A DNA stretch of 64,000 nucleotides, taken from NCBI RefSeq assembly GCF_009914755.1, contig NC_060926.1. One strand, given 5' to 3'. A program made the position numbers and the translations under genes. The notes under the pieces are model-generated. The model ran no database searches, was not told the DNA's origin, and saw nothing but the letters and a program-made list of their open reading frames with translations. Positions 15,157-33,583 of the stretch are shown here, in pieces. This DNA is from the human T2T-CHM13v2.0 reference genome, Homo sapiens. Within the stretch, counting starts at the first letter, position 1. Each line of letters starts with the position of its first letter.

Positions 15157-15761
15157 TGCTAGGGCTAAGGAAATGATACTCCAAAATAAAGTCCTCCAAA
15201 GCAGCTCTCTCTGACCATCTCCTAACTTCCTGTCTCTGGCCTCTCATTCTCCTGAGGCTAGCCACTGAAACTACCATCCCTCGTCCCCAAGGTAGTCCAC
15301 AGAAACCAGAACTCCCTTTCCCCAAAGCCAGCCACAGAACCTAAATATATTACTCTAATGTTCCCTGCCCTCATCTTTCTGTGTAAAAACTAACCATAAA
15401 GACATATCTGACCTATTCTGTTTGATTGTAGGTCATAGGATCCCCATTCCAGAAAGGGTGCTGTTCCATACCCGGAAGGAAAGAATGCTGCACAGAGAGG
15501 CCAAGAAGAATCTATACAGACAGGCAGGCCTTGCTGGGTTTCCCCACTCAGTATATGGCTGTCCAGACTTTGCTGAACCTAAGCATACCAATGGGCAGTT
15601 TTCTCCTATATCTTTAGGTCTTTATTCTGAAGGCTCCCATGTCACGTAACACCAAGATCAAATAAAATCATATGCCCTTTCTCCTATTAATCTGCCTTTT
15701 TTCAGCTGATTTTCAAAGAACCTTCAGAGGCTGAAAGGGAAGTTTTTTCTTGGCCCCTACA
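15157..15761 (+). mobile_element. MER39/MER34-like ERV1 solo LTR
   Basis: TG...CA ends, 3' terminus gaaccttcagagg...ttggcccctaca, internal AATAAA, near 4-bp TSD atac/atat. Confidence 0.7.
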
Positions 15762-17197
15762 ATATGCTACAACTCCAGTAAGTTAATTAGTAAATATTAA
15801 ACTATTTTTGGAAGGAAAAAAAACTGAAAATAACATTGCTTTAGAGATAAATTATTTAAGAATTGCTAGAAATTACCCTAGAAATTATCCTAGAAAAATC
15901 TTAAAATTTTCCCTAAAAACTTTTAGGAATAATACATTGTTTCTAATGAGACCCTTCAGCTTATGCAAAAAGCACAGGAGACTAAATTCTAGAGTCAACG
16001 AAACGATATTCTCCAATTCTGTTTTGCTAATGAATATGTTGTCCATCCCCCCATCAGCATGCTTAGGTAATCTTGCAAGGATAAATGGAAATGTCAGTTG
16101 ACATTTACAATGAAATAGGATTTTTAGACAGTTGTGCTTTTTGGGTGGGAAAAGGAGAGCTAAAAATTAGGGGGTTGGGGGCTTAAAAAAGACAGCATTA
16201 TATGGCTTAGAACTTTGGTACCCTACCTTCATCCTTTTCTGCAATCCCTTTTACTCCCCAAAGTTAAAAGGCTATCAATGGGACAATAATTGATGATCAA
16301 CTATGAAGAAATAGGCTCAAATACACTGTTTTATTATATTTTTATCATTCTTTATATACCTTTTCTCATCATTCTTTGTCCCAATAGTATGCTATGATTA
16401 TGCACGTAGAAAATCCCAAAATAACAACAAAATCACTGGAACTAATAAACTACTGTAGAAAGGTTGCAGGATACAAGGTTAATATACAAATTGTCAACTT
16501 CCTTCCTATGTATCAGTAATGAACAACTGAAATTAGAAATTAAAATAATACCATATACATTAGCAACAACAACAAAAAACATTCACCAAAAATGTAGATA
16601 TAAATCTAACAAAATATGTACAAGATCTCTATGAGGATCACTATAAAACTCTGATTCAAGAAATCAAAGAAAGTCTAAATAAATGAGATCATTCAAGAGT
16701 AGAAAAAAATTCGTATTGTTAAATGTCAGTTCTTCCAACCTTGATCTATAAATTCAATGCAATCCCAATCAAAATTCTGGATAGTTATTTTGTGGATATG
16801 ACAAACTGATTTTAAAGTATACACAGAAAGACCCAGGAGAACCAACACGATACCGAAGGAGAACAAAGTTGGAGGACAAAACCTACCCAACTTCAAGACA
16901 TTATAAAACTATACTAATCAATACAGTGTGATAATGGTGAAAGAACAGACAAATCAAGGGAACAAAACAGAGCCCAGAAATAGGCCCACATAAACATAGT
17001 CAGCTGGTCTTTTACGAATAAGCAAAGGCAATTCAATGGAGAAAAGAACAATCTTTGCAACAAATGGTAATGGAAAAACTAGACATACACATGCCAAAAC
17101 ATGAATTGACACAGACCTTACAAGTTTCACACACAAAAAATCTAAAAATGGATCACAGACCTAAATATAAAATGCAAAACTATAAAACTCCAAAAAT

Positions 17198-18811
<1,614 letters not shown>

Positions 18812-20723
18812 CTAGGTGACCTTGGTTATGGCCATGTGTTTTTAGATACAACACCGAAAGTACAATCCATGAAAGAAAATAAAAAATTGATTTAGACTTC
18901 ATTAAAATTAAAAACTTCTGCTCTACCAAATGGCACTACTAAGAAAATTAAAACACAAAATACACATGGGGATAAAATATGTGAAAAACACTTATTTTGT
19001 TACACAAAATATACAAAGAACTCAACAAGGAAATAACCCAGTTTAAAATTGGCATCCAAATAAACATCTCACCAAATAAGATACAGAGGTGACAAATAAG
19101 CATATGAAAAGATGCTCAACATCATATGTCAATAGGGAATTACATAATCAAACAATGAGATACCATTGCACACCTATTACAATGGCTAAATCCAAAACAA
19201 TGACAATACCAAATACTAGTGAGAAGGTAGAGCAATGGGAACTCTCATTCATGGCTCATGGAAAAGCAAAATGGCACAGACACTTTGGAAAACAGTTTGG
19301 CAGCTTCTTATAAAACTAAACATATTTGTTTTACATAATCTAGCAATCATGTACCCTGGTTACACCCAAATGAGTTGAAGACAGGTCCACACAAAGACCT
19401 GTACCTTCCTGTTTACAGCAGTTTTATTTATAATTGCCAAAACTTGGAAGTAAGCAAGAGTGTCCTTCAATATGTGAATGGATAAACCAACTGTGGTACA
19501 TCCATACAATGGAATCTTACTCAGCATGTAAAAGAAATAAAGCCATGAAAAGACATGAAGGAAACTTAGATGTATACTGCTAAGTGAAAGAAGCCAATCT
19601 GAAGAGACTACCTACTGTATGTTTCCAACTATATGATATTCTGGAATAGGCAAAACTACAGAAATAGATGTTTTAGTGATCTTTTCACTAAAAGATCAGT
19701 GGTTGTCAAGAAAAGAGAAGTATGGAACATGAGATTTTTAGGGCAATTAAATTATTCTGAATGATACTGTAATAATGGATCATTATATATTTATCAAAAT
19801 CCATAGAATGTACAAAACAAAGAATGAATTTATTCATATGTTTGTCGTTTTTAAAGAAATAAGACATTTCAAGAACATTTATATACCAAAGTAAGAAAAT
19901 TTTTTATATCTTATCTTTCTTTGTCAACACCAATCATCACACTATTCAAGAGCATAATTCCTAATGGTTGAGAAGAGACTCTTGCAATATAAAGCAAACA
20001 AACATATTGTTATTTTGTAAGTATTTAATATAATGAAAACATGTTATCTATGATTATTTCTTCTCAAAGTACATGACAAAGCTCTATGATCTCATGCTGC
20101 CATTAAATGTATAAAAACATAGCTTAAAAAGACTAATATTACACATATTAGCATCTTGGAATTATTTCTGGGTGCAAAGGTTATAGGTAATTTTCATTTT
20201 TTAATCACTTTTATACTGAATGTATATTATGTTTGTAACTTTAAAAATTTTCTTGCACATTTAAATCAAATCTTGTACTTTACAATTTGAATATATAAAT
20301 TTCTAAGTGTAAATTATGATGCTAAAATTCTATTTTAACTTTTAAACATGTTACAAACATAAAATGTGTTTTAACATAAAATTTTAAAAACATGATGCTC
20401 ACCAGATATTGCAGCAGTGTTGGTATAACATGCTGGACATAATTAAAAAAACACCAAAGTCTAATGGATATTAGCTGAAACCCAGCTTTTTAGGGAAAAT
20501 AGTTTTGGTATTTACTCATTATAAAGTAAGTTGACTGAGACATAAACAAACCATACAAGTGGTCATATTAAGAGTGCATTTAAGACTGACATGTCTGGGT
20601 TATCTGTATTAGATATTTTTGTAAACAATACAAAAAAGAAACAAAGGAGAAAGTGAAAATGTGCAAGTGAAAAGCCAACAGATCAGAACTTAATTCTTGA
20701 AAAGTCTGACCTCACTTTGGTCA

Positions 20724-21175
20724 TGCTATAATTTGGATTTGGTTTCTTTATCACCACCAAAGCTAATGTGGAAATTTGAACCCCAGCGTGGCAATATTGA
20801 AAGGTGAGGCCTAGAGGGAGGTGTCTGGGTTCTACGGGTAGATGCCTCATAAATGGCTCAGTGCTATTCTGGAGTTAGTGTGTTCTGGCTCTCATGAGAC
20901 TGGATTAGTTCTCTGGCGAATGGCTTAGTTCCTTCCCACAAGAGTGGGTTGTTATAGGGCCACTATGCACTCCTCAGATTTTCCTCTCTTTGAATGTTTC
21001 TTTTTCTCCTTTGACCTTGTCCACCGTGTTGTGAAGTATGAAAGATCTTGCCAGAAGCCAGGTCTATGCTCTTGAACTTCTCAGTCTGCAGAACTGTGAG
21101 CTATAAAACCTCATATCTTTATAAATTACCCAGTCTTAGGTATTCTTTTATAGCAATACAAAACAGACTAAGGCA
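20724..21175 (+). mobile_element. MST-family MaLR solo LTR
   Basis: tgctataatttgg...ataaattacccagtcttaggtattc...gactaaggca; perfect 5-bp TSD ggtca. Confidence 0.88.
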
Positions 21176-21875
21176 GGTCAAAATTTCACACTATTCTCAA
21201 TTCCCCTATTAATCAAAAAAGTAGTATAGGACTAAGAATTTGTTATGTTTTATTGGAGGTGAGGAGAGATATGGGAGAATATAAGATAAAGGTTAAAAAG
21301 AGATTAGGAAAAGGTAGCAACCCCAAAGCATGTTTAAGATCAGTGCTTTGAGCAAGATCAGGAATGAAAAGAGAGAATAAAACAGAAATGAAAGGATGGG
21401 AACAGCTGTCAATTCCAGGTTTCATCTACCTTTTGGTTTATAATCTTCAACTCATGTCTTATTTTTCTACTTATGCATTTAGTAAAATATACAAAGCCAT
21501 CCAGTCTCGTCAGCTAATACTCTAAATAATATAAACATACAACAAGTTCACTAAATAACTGGTCTTTTAATTTGGGCTAGAATTCAATGAGAAAACCATT
21601 TCTAAAAGACTTGCAGTGCTAACATGGCTCAAATTAAACAGAAGCCTCTAACCCACTTCATCAGAGGCCATGAGGCTTATTTTCTACACAGGGTAAGACA
21701 GAAGAAATCTACCCTGAGGACACAAGACACAGCAGAAGGTGAGGGTATCAGACAAAAAGGTTTTGAGGGGGAGGAGAGGATTAAGAGAGTGTTTATATAT
21801 TGAACGTTGAGGCCCCCTAGCTCTCTTCTTTCACATAGTTCTCATACTACTGGCAATCAGACTTATACCCTAAAG

Positions 21876-22072
21876 CAGGGTTTCTCAGGATAACATTTTA
21901 AACTTGATTGTTCTTCGTTGTTGGAGCTGTCCTATGCACTGTAGGATGTAACAAGACCCCCAGATTCTATGCATCAGTTTTCAGGAGCAACCTATCTGTG
22001 GCAATCAAATAAGTCTCTAGACACTGCTAAATTTCTCTTAGGGGGCCAAATTGTCCCACTTGAGAATCACTG
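21876..22072. mobile_element. MER20 hAT MITE
   Basis: cagggtttctca...tgagaatcactg; 8-bp TSD ccctaaag/acctaaag. Confidence 0.8.
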
Positions 22073-22199
22073 ACCTAAAGGCAGAAGCTTGGAGAACTCT
22101 TCTTATTAGACTCTTATTAACCCTAGAAAAAAGGTTTCCAAACTTAAAGATAATGACACCAGGGGTTTCCACCCACAAAATGCCCAGCCATATTCACAG

Positions 22200-23500
22200 A
22201 GCTCTAAAATAGCTTTCTAATGAATCTAACATAAATTTGAACATGCAATCAATGATTGCTACATAGCTGAGGAAAGCCTCGATTAAAAAGATGAAAACAT
22301 ATTAACAGAAAGAATAATTTGGAAAAAGTAGAGAAAGCAGGAAGCAATAAATTTCAAAACCAAACAATAATTTTAATTCATAAAAAGAAAACATAACAGG
22401 ATATAATAAGAAAATTATACAGAGATCAAAAAAGGCCTTGGAAATTAAAAGTATGATAGCAGAAATCAAAGTCTCAAAAGTTTGAAAAAGGTAAATTTTC
22501 CAGAAAGTATGAAGAAAAAAAAAACATAAAAAATGACAGAAAAAAAATAGGTCCAGGAGGTAGAATGTTTAATTAGAGTTCCAGAACCAAAAACAAAGGC
22601 AAGAAAATTAAAGAAAAAACATGAGGAATTTTCCCAGAGTTGATGGACACAAATTGTCAGACTGAAAGGACCCATAAAATGCATGGCAAAATGAAAGACT
22701 ATAGACTCGTAATAAGTAACATGGCTGTGACATTTCAGAACTCTAGATACAACAAAGAGAAACATTTGATAAGTTTCAAAATGAGATCGTATAATCTTCC
22801 ACAGAGGAGACAAAAGTGATCTGAAGAGTGATGGAAGTAAGAAGGGCTTCTAATTTTACAACAGATGCTATGAATTCCTTCAAAGCTCTTAAGAACAATT
22901 TCACCTTTATAATTTGAAAGCCAGCTAAACTAATAGTTGGGGTAAAATAAAGACACTTATATAAATATAATACCACAGAACACTTGCCTTTCAGAAAGCT
23001 ACTAGAAAATGGAATAAACCAAGAGAATACACAAGCCAAAGGATTACATAGGATATAGGAAACAGAGGAACTAGCATAGGATAGAGACTGCACCAGCAGC
23101 AACTATATCAAGCAATGGGCTAAAACTGCAGCACATAAGAATGCTCTGGGAGAAATTTCTTGATGATGGATAAACTGATAAAAATACTTGATACCTCTGA
23201 ATATATGGAAAGGCTGTTTTGACAACCAGCAGATAGTTTGGGTCTAAATGACTAATAAATATTTAGAACTATACAAATGCTCAATGGTCGTATATGAAAA
23301 ATTAAACTATCAATGGGAAGATGGGGGGAATGGATGGGATGTTTGTGGAAAAAGGCTAAATCTACATCACCTATAGTAAGTCAAGAGATAATGCCTAAAA
23401 CTGAAAAAACAGGAGGTAGCAATATAAAATGTTATTTAGAGATACAGAAGTATATACCAAAAGAATAAGCCAAAAAAAGTTTTAGAAGTATTTCCCTCTA
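22200..23500 (+). mobile_element. Highly decayed L1 ORF1-like (HAL1/L1ME-like) sequence
   Basis: A-rich, with gaattttcccagagttga, gacatttcagaac and cagctaaactaat motifs; boundaries approximate. Confidence 0.4.
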
Positions 23501-23838
23501 TTTGGGGAAAACTGGGGTAGTGACAGCTACCTTGTCCAACATCACAGCCTTCCTGGGATTAAGCAAATAAGGCGATAAAGGCCCAATCATTTCGTTGCAC
23601 CATGGTATCAATCTGAAGGAAAATATTCTGGAGAACCTAACCTGTGACAAAGAAGTAAGAACTGTTTTTAATCATAAGCTATGGAGAAGCAGTTAAAAAC
23701 TTAAGCATGTGTTCTTTTACCTTTGCAACAGTTAAAAGAAAAAGAGAAAGAGAAGAAACAGGCTGCTTAAATATATTTTCTAATTTCATTAACTTGGCTT
23801 CTTATACTGCAGAGCCGAATGTTATTTTAGAAATTTAA

Positions 23839-28000
<4,162 letters not shown>

Positions 28001-28151
28001 TTAAAATAGACATTGTTTTTCCTTGCAGAGGAGGCAGAACAAGATTGCTGAAGAGAATCCCCCAGGAATCATCCCGTAGCAGGAACACCAAACTGAACAA
28101 CTATCCATGCAAAAAAAAAAAAAAAAAAAAAAAACAACCTTCATAAGAATC

Positions 28152-28470
28152 AGCTGGCACAGTGGTACATGCCCATAATCTCAGCACTTTGGAAGGTCAA
28201 GGCGAGTGGATCATTTGATCTCAGTTCAAGACCAGTCTGGGCAACCTGATGAAACCCTGTCTTTACAAAATATGAAAAAATTAGCTGGGCATGGTGGCAT
28301 GTGCCTGTAGTGCCAGCTACTCGGGAGGCTGAGGTGGGAGGATCACTTCAGCCCAGGAGGTCAATTGAGGCTGGAATGAGTTGAGATCACGCCATGCACT
28401 CCAGCCTGGGTGACAGAGTGAGACCCTGCCTCAAAACAAACAAATAAACACACTAACAAACAAACAAAAA
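28152..28470 (+). mobile_element. Alu (AluJ-like)
   Basis: Diverged full Alu with ggatcacttcagcccagg right arm. Confidence 0.9.
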
Positions 28471-30418
28471 ATCCAAAATCAGGTGAGTAATCACGGCACC
28501 TGGTTTTAACATAATATCAAGGAAAGAAGCATCGAAGAGGGTAGGAAAGACAGTCTTGCGCTGACTACACCAACCCTCCTCCAACCCCAGGCAGCACAGC
28601 ACTGAGATAGAATCTGTGTGCTTGGGAGAGAGAGCGAAAGTAAGTATGGGACTTTGCGCTGGAACTCAGTGCTGCTCTGTAACAGCAGAACACAACACAG
28701 GGCATTCTGCTGGTGCCCACAGAAGGAGCATTTAGCTTAGTCCTGGGCCAGAGAGAAATCCTCCACCCCAAGGAGAGTAATTGGTTTTCATCACATTCTG
28801 ACTAAAGTAGTCTAGGGCCCGGAATAAATTGGAGTGACAGGCCACAAGGACTGCATCCTTTGGCAAGCCTTGGTACTGCACTGGCCTTGGAGGTAATGGA
28901 CTTAAGATAAAACCCAGTGCAATACCACCCATGGCAGCTAAGGGAATCCCTGAGGCACCCCTCCCCAACTACTTCAGCTTGGGGTAAGGAAAAGGAAGAG
29001 TAGACAGAACTTTGTTTTGCAACCGGAGTATTGGTTCAGTCACAGTAAAATAAAGCAAAAGACAGATTTCTGAAGCTTTTGATAGCAAGCTTTTGCTCCG
29101 GGATGGCATTTATAGATTGACCCTAGGCAGGAAGGGAATGGCTGCCATGATGGGATGGACTCAGTCTTGGCAGAATTCACCACCTGCTAACTAAAGTGGC
29201 CTTTGGCCTTGAATAACCAGTGGCAGTCACGCAGGACTGGCCGTGGACCTTGGGTGAGCCCCAATACTGTGCTGGTCTGCAATGCTTCAGAGGCAACTCA
29301 GCATAGTTCCAACTGTGGTGGCTACAGGAATGCCTGTATCACCCCCCACCAACACTGGGCAGGCCAGTACAGAGAAAGACTCCTGATTGAAGGAAAGGGA
29401 AGGTAGAGAGCAAGAGACTCTGCCTGGTAACCCAGGGAATTCTCCCAATTATCTTCCCAAGTCCATCAGGACTGTGTATGTAGGAGTCTGCAAGACTCAC
29501 AGCGTTCCTGTGCTTTGGATGCTCCTTAATGCCAAAATGGCTGCAGTGACTACAGGCTTAGGTCACAACACTCAATCTGCTTTGATTTCCTGGAAAGCCC
29601 CCTGGAGAGTGACAGGAATGAACAAACCCAAACTGTGAAGACTAGCTCTTCGATGCCTAGACATCAATGAATATCCACAATTATCAAGAACATCTAGGAA
29701 AACAGGACCTCACCAAACAGACTAATCCTGGAGCAATAAAGATACGTGACCTTTTAGATGGGAAATTCAAAATAGCGGTCTTGAGAAAGCTCAATTTAAT
29801 TCAAGATAAAAGAGATAAAAAATTCAGAATTATATCAGAGAAACTTAACAAAGAGACTAAAATGATGAACAAGCAGAAATTCTGAAGCTCGAAAATTCAA
29901 CAAGCTGAAAATGCATCAGTCTCAACAGCAGAAGAATAAATTAGTGAGCTTGAAGACAGGTTTATGAAAATACAGTCAGAAGAGAAAAAATAATAAAACA
30001 ATAATGAAGTATGCCTACAAAATCTGGAAAATAGCCCCCAAAAGTCATAATCTAAGAGTTACTGGCCTTAAAGAGGGCTTACAGAAAGAGATTGAGGTAG
30101 AAAGTGTTTTCAAAGAAATAATAGCAGAGTACTTTTCAAACTGAGAGAAAGATATGAATATACAGGTACAAGAAGGTCAAAGAACACCAAATAGATTCAA
30201 CCCAAATAAGATTACCTTAAGGCATATAATAATTAAAGTCTCAAAAGTAAAGGACAAAGAAAGGATCCTAAAAGCGGCAAAAGAAAAGAAGTAACTTCAT
30301 ATGAAGGAGTTATACTACATCTGGCAGCAAACTTCAGCAGAAACGCTACAGGCCAGAAGAGAGTAGGATGACAAACTTTAGCAGAAACCCTGGCAGGCCA
30401 GAAGAGAGTAGAATAGTA

Positions 30419-30498
30419 TTAGGTTGGTGCACAAGTAACCACGGTTTTTGTAATTACTTTTAATGGCAAAAACCACGTTAACTTTTGCACCAATCTAA
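30419..30498. mobile_element. MADE1 (Hsmar1-derived 80-bp MITE)
   Basis: ttaggttggtgc...gcaccaatctaa imperfect palindrome of 80 bp flanked by TA on both sides. Confidence 0.93.
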
Positions 30499-30762
30499 TA
30501 CATCCACCGAAATTATCCTTGAAACAGGGAGACATGAAGACTCTCCTAGACTAATAAAAGCTGAGGGATTTCATCAACACCAGACTCATCTTTCAGAAAA
30601 TGCTAAAGGGAAGTTCTTCAATCTGAAAGAAAAGGACATTAACAAGCAACAAGAAATCATCTGAAGGTATAAAACTCACTGGTGAAAGTAAGTGCACAGA
30701 TAAATACAGAATACTCTAACCGCTCATATCTTTAGCAGGAAGATTAAAAGACAAACCTATAT

Positions 30763-31397
30763 TGTTAGATGAGTTCTAAACTCTACCTTATCTAGAGAAC
30801 CTTCTTCTTTTAGAAAATCAAGCAAAACAACTAAGCCAAGACATGTTAAGAAAAGTTTGAAAAGAAAGCTGTAAGGAAATACAAGGGGAGGGATTGTTAG
30901 ATATGAGTTCTAAATTTCTTTTCAAAGAATTAGTGTGTCAGTATGTTCAATTCTTTGCCTTCTAGTTTTAAACTTAACTTCCTCGTAAAGCAACCTTTTT
31001 CGATTACCTACTCCACCCTGACTCATTCTGATCATCTGCTCCACCCAACATTCCAATCACCTGCTCCACCCTAACTCATTCCAATTACCTGCTACCTGCT
31101 CTGCCCTGACTCCCGCCAAAGCATTCACCCTGTCATTCTCTTTAAATTAGCCAATTGGAATTAGTTTAGCCCGTGCGGTCTAACCCCAGCCAATAGGGGA
31201 ACGACAGAGCAGCAGGGGCCACATACGTCAGGGATTAGAACCCCTTCCCATCCCTTGTCCAAATGTGCGCTCACCATTGTTCCATCTGTAAGGGTGCACC
31301 CTTCTATATAGAAGTAGCTTGCCTTGCTGAATATTAAAAAGAAAATTTTGTATTCGAGTGCTATTTCTTTTGCAGCATCGAAACTTTCTATATAACA
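30763..31397 (+). mobile_element. LTR10 (HERV-I) remnant: stub of 5' LTR, internal 3' end with polypurine tract, complete 3' LTR (30895-31397)
   Basis: tgttagatatgagttctaaatttc... LTR10A/F-like start, TG...CA ends, aaggggagggat just before the LTR, ctat on both flanks. Confidence 0.8.
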
Positions 31398-33303
31398 CTA
31401 TCAAAAAAAAACTACTCCAAAACTTAAAATATAAAAATATATAGAGACAAAAAGTCAAAAAGTGAAGGGATGGAGTAGAAGTGTACAGGTTTTTAGTTTT
31501 TTCTGTGCGTGTATTTTTTCTTTTCTTTGCAATCAGAGTTGTCATCAGTTGCAAATAATTGGCTATAAATTGTTATTTGCTAACCTCATAGTAACCACAA
31601 AACAAAAACCTCTAATAGGTGCACAAAAAAATAAAAAGCAAGAAATTAAAACATACTACCAAAAAATAATTATCACAAAGGAAAACAAGGAAAAAAATGG
31701 GGGAAAAGCCCTAGAAAATAACCAGAACAACAATAAAAAGGCAGTAGTAAGTCCTTACCTATCAATAATAATACTGAATGTGAATGGACTAAATTCTTCA
31801 CTATAAAAACATAGACTAACAACAAAAAGACGGAAAAAGATACTGCACCAAACAGAAACCCAAAAAGAGCCCAAGTAGCTTTGTATCTATTTTTAGATAA
31901 AATAGATTTCAACATAAAAACTATGAAGAAAGAAAAAAAGGTTATCATATAATACAAAAGGTTTTAATTCAGCAAGAGGACATAAAAATTATAAATACAT
32001 ATCTATCCAACACAGAAGCATCTAGATATATAGAGTCAAGTGTATTAGAGTTAAGGAGACAGAACCCAATACAGTAATGACTTGGGACTTCAACAGCCCA
32101 CTTTCACCATTGGACAGATCATCTAGACAGAAAGAAACAATGAATTTAATCTGCACTATAGATTAAATGGACCTAATAGACATTTACAGAAGCTGTCATC
32201 CAACAGCCGCAGAATACATTCTTCTCCTTAGCACATGGAACATTTCTCAAGGATGGATCCTAAATTCTCCAATCAAAAGACACAGAAGAGCTGAAGGGCT
32301 AAACAAAACAAGGCCCTACTACCTGCTACATATAAGAAACCCACTTCATTTATAAAAACATAGATAGACCAAAAGATGGAAAGAGACATTGCATGCAAAC
32401 AGAAATCCAAAAAGAGCACCATCATGTTAGGCCGCAAAACAAGTCTGATAAAAAGTATATTTTCTAACCACAATGGAATAAAAGTAGAAATAAATAACAA
32501 GTGGAACTTTGGAAACTATACAAACATATAAGAATTAAACAATACGTGCCTGAACAACCAATGAAGTAATTAAGGAAATTAAAAAATGTCTTGAAACAAA
32601 TGAAAATGGAAACACAACCTACTAAAACTTATGAGATACAGTTAAAGCTAACACTAAAGGGAATGTTTATAGCAATAAATGTGCAAATCAAAAAGTAGAA
32701 AACCAAGAAATAAACAACCTAGTAATGCATCTTAAAGAACTAGAAAAGCAAGAGCATGCCAAGCCCCAAATTAAGAAGAGAAATAATAAAGAAAACAAGA
32801 AAATAAATAATAAAAAACAGAAATAAAATTGAGACAAAAAAATAGAAAAGATCAATGAAATGAAAAGGGTTGTTTGGAAAGACAGACAAAATCAATGAAC
32901 CTTTACCCAGACTAAGAAAAGAAAAAAAAGAAGATCCAAATAAAATCAGAGACAAAAAAGGAGACATTACAATTGATATCACAAAAATTCAAAGGATCAT
33001 TGGAGACCATTTGAACAACTGCATGCCAATAAATTGTAAAACCTAGAAGAAACGAATAAATTCCTAGGCACATACAGCCTAAGAAGAATGAAACATTAAG
33101 AAAACCAAAATCGAAATAGACCCATAATAAGTTTCAAGATAGAAACAATAATAAAAAGTCCCCCATCACAGAAAAGGCCAGGACTTCATGGCTTCACTGA
33201 GTTCTACCAAACATTTAAAGAAGAACTAACATCAATCCTACTCAAATCATTCTCCAAAATCAAGGAGGATCTCCAAATTCATTTTATGAGGCCAGATTTA
33301 TTC

Positions 33304-33583
33304 TTTTTTTTTTTTTTTTTTTTTTTGAGACAGAGTCTCACTCTGTTGCCCAGGTGATCTGCAACCTCCACCTACTGGGTTCAAGCGATTCTCCTGCCTC
33401 AGCCTCCAGATTAGCTGGGATTACAGGCATAAGCCACCATGCCCAGCTAATTTTTGTATTTTTTGTAGAGATGGGGTTTCACCATGTCGGCCAGGCTGGT
33501 CTCAAACTCCTGGCTTCAAGAGATCTGCCTGCCTCAGCCTCCCAAAGTTCTGGGATTACTGGCGTGAGCTACCATGCCTGGCC
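33304..33583 (-). mobile_element. Alu with small internal deletion
   Basis: TSD ccagatttattct at 33292-33304 and 33584-33596. Confidence 0.93.
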
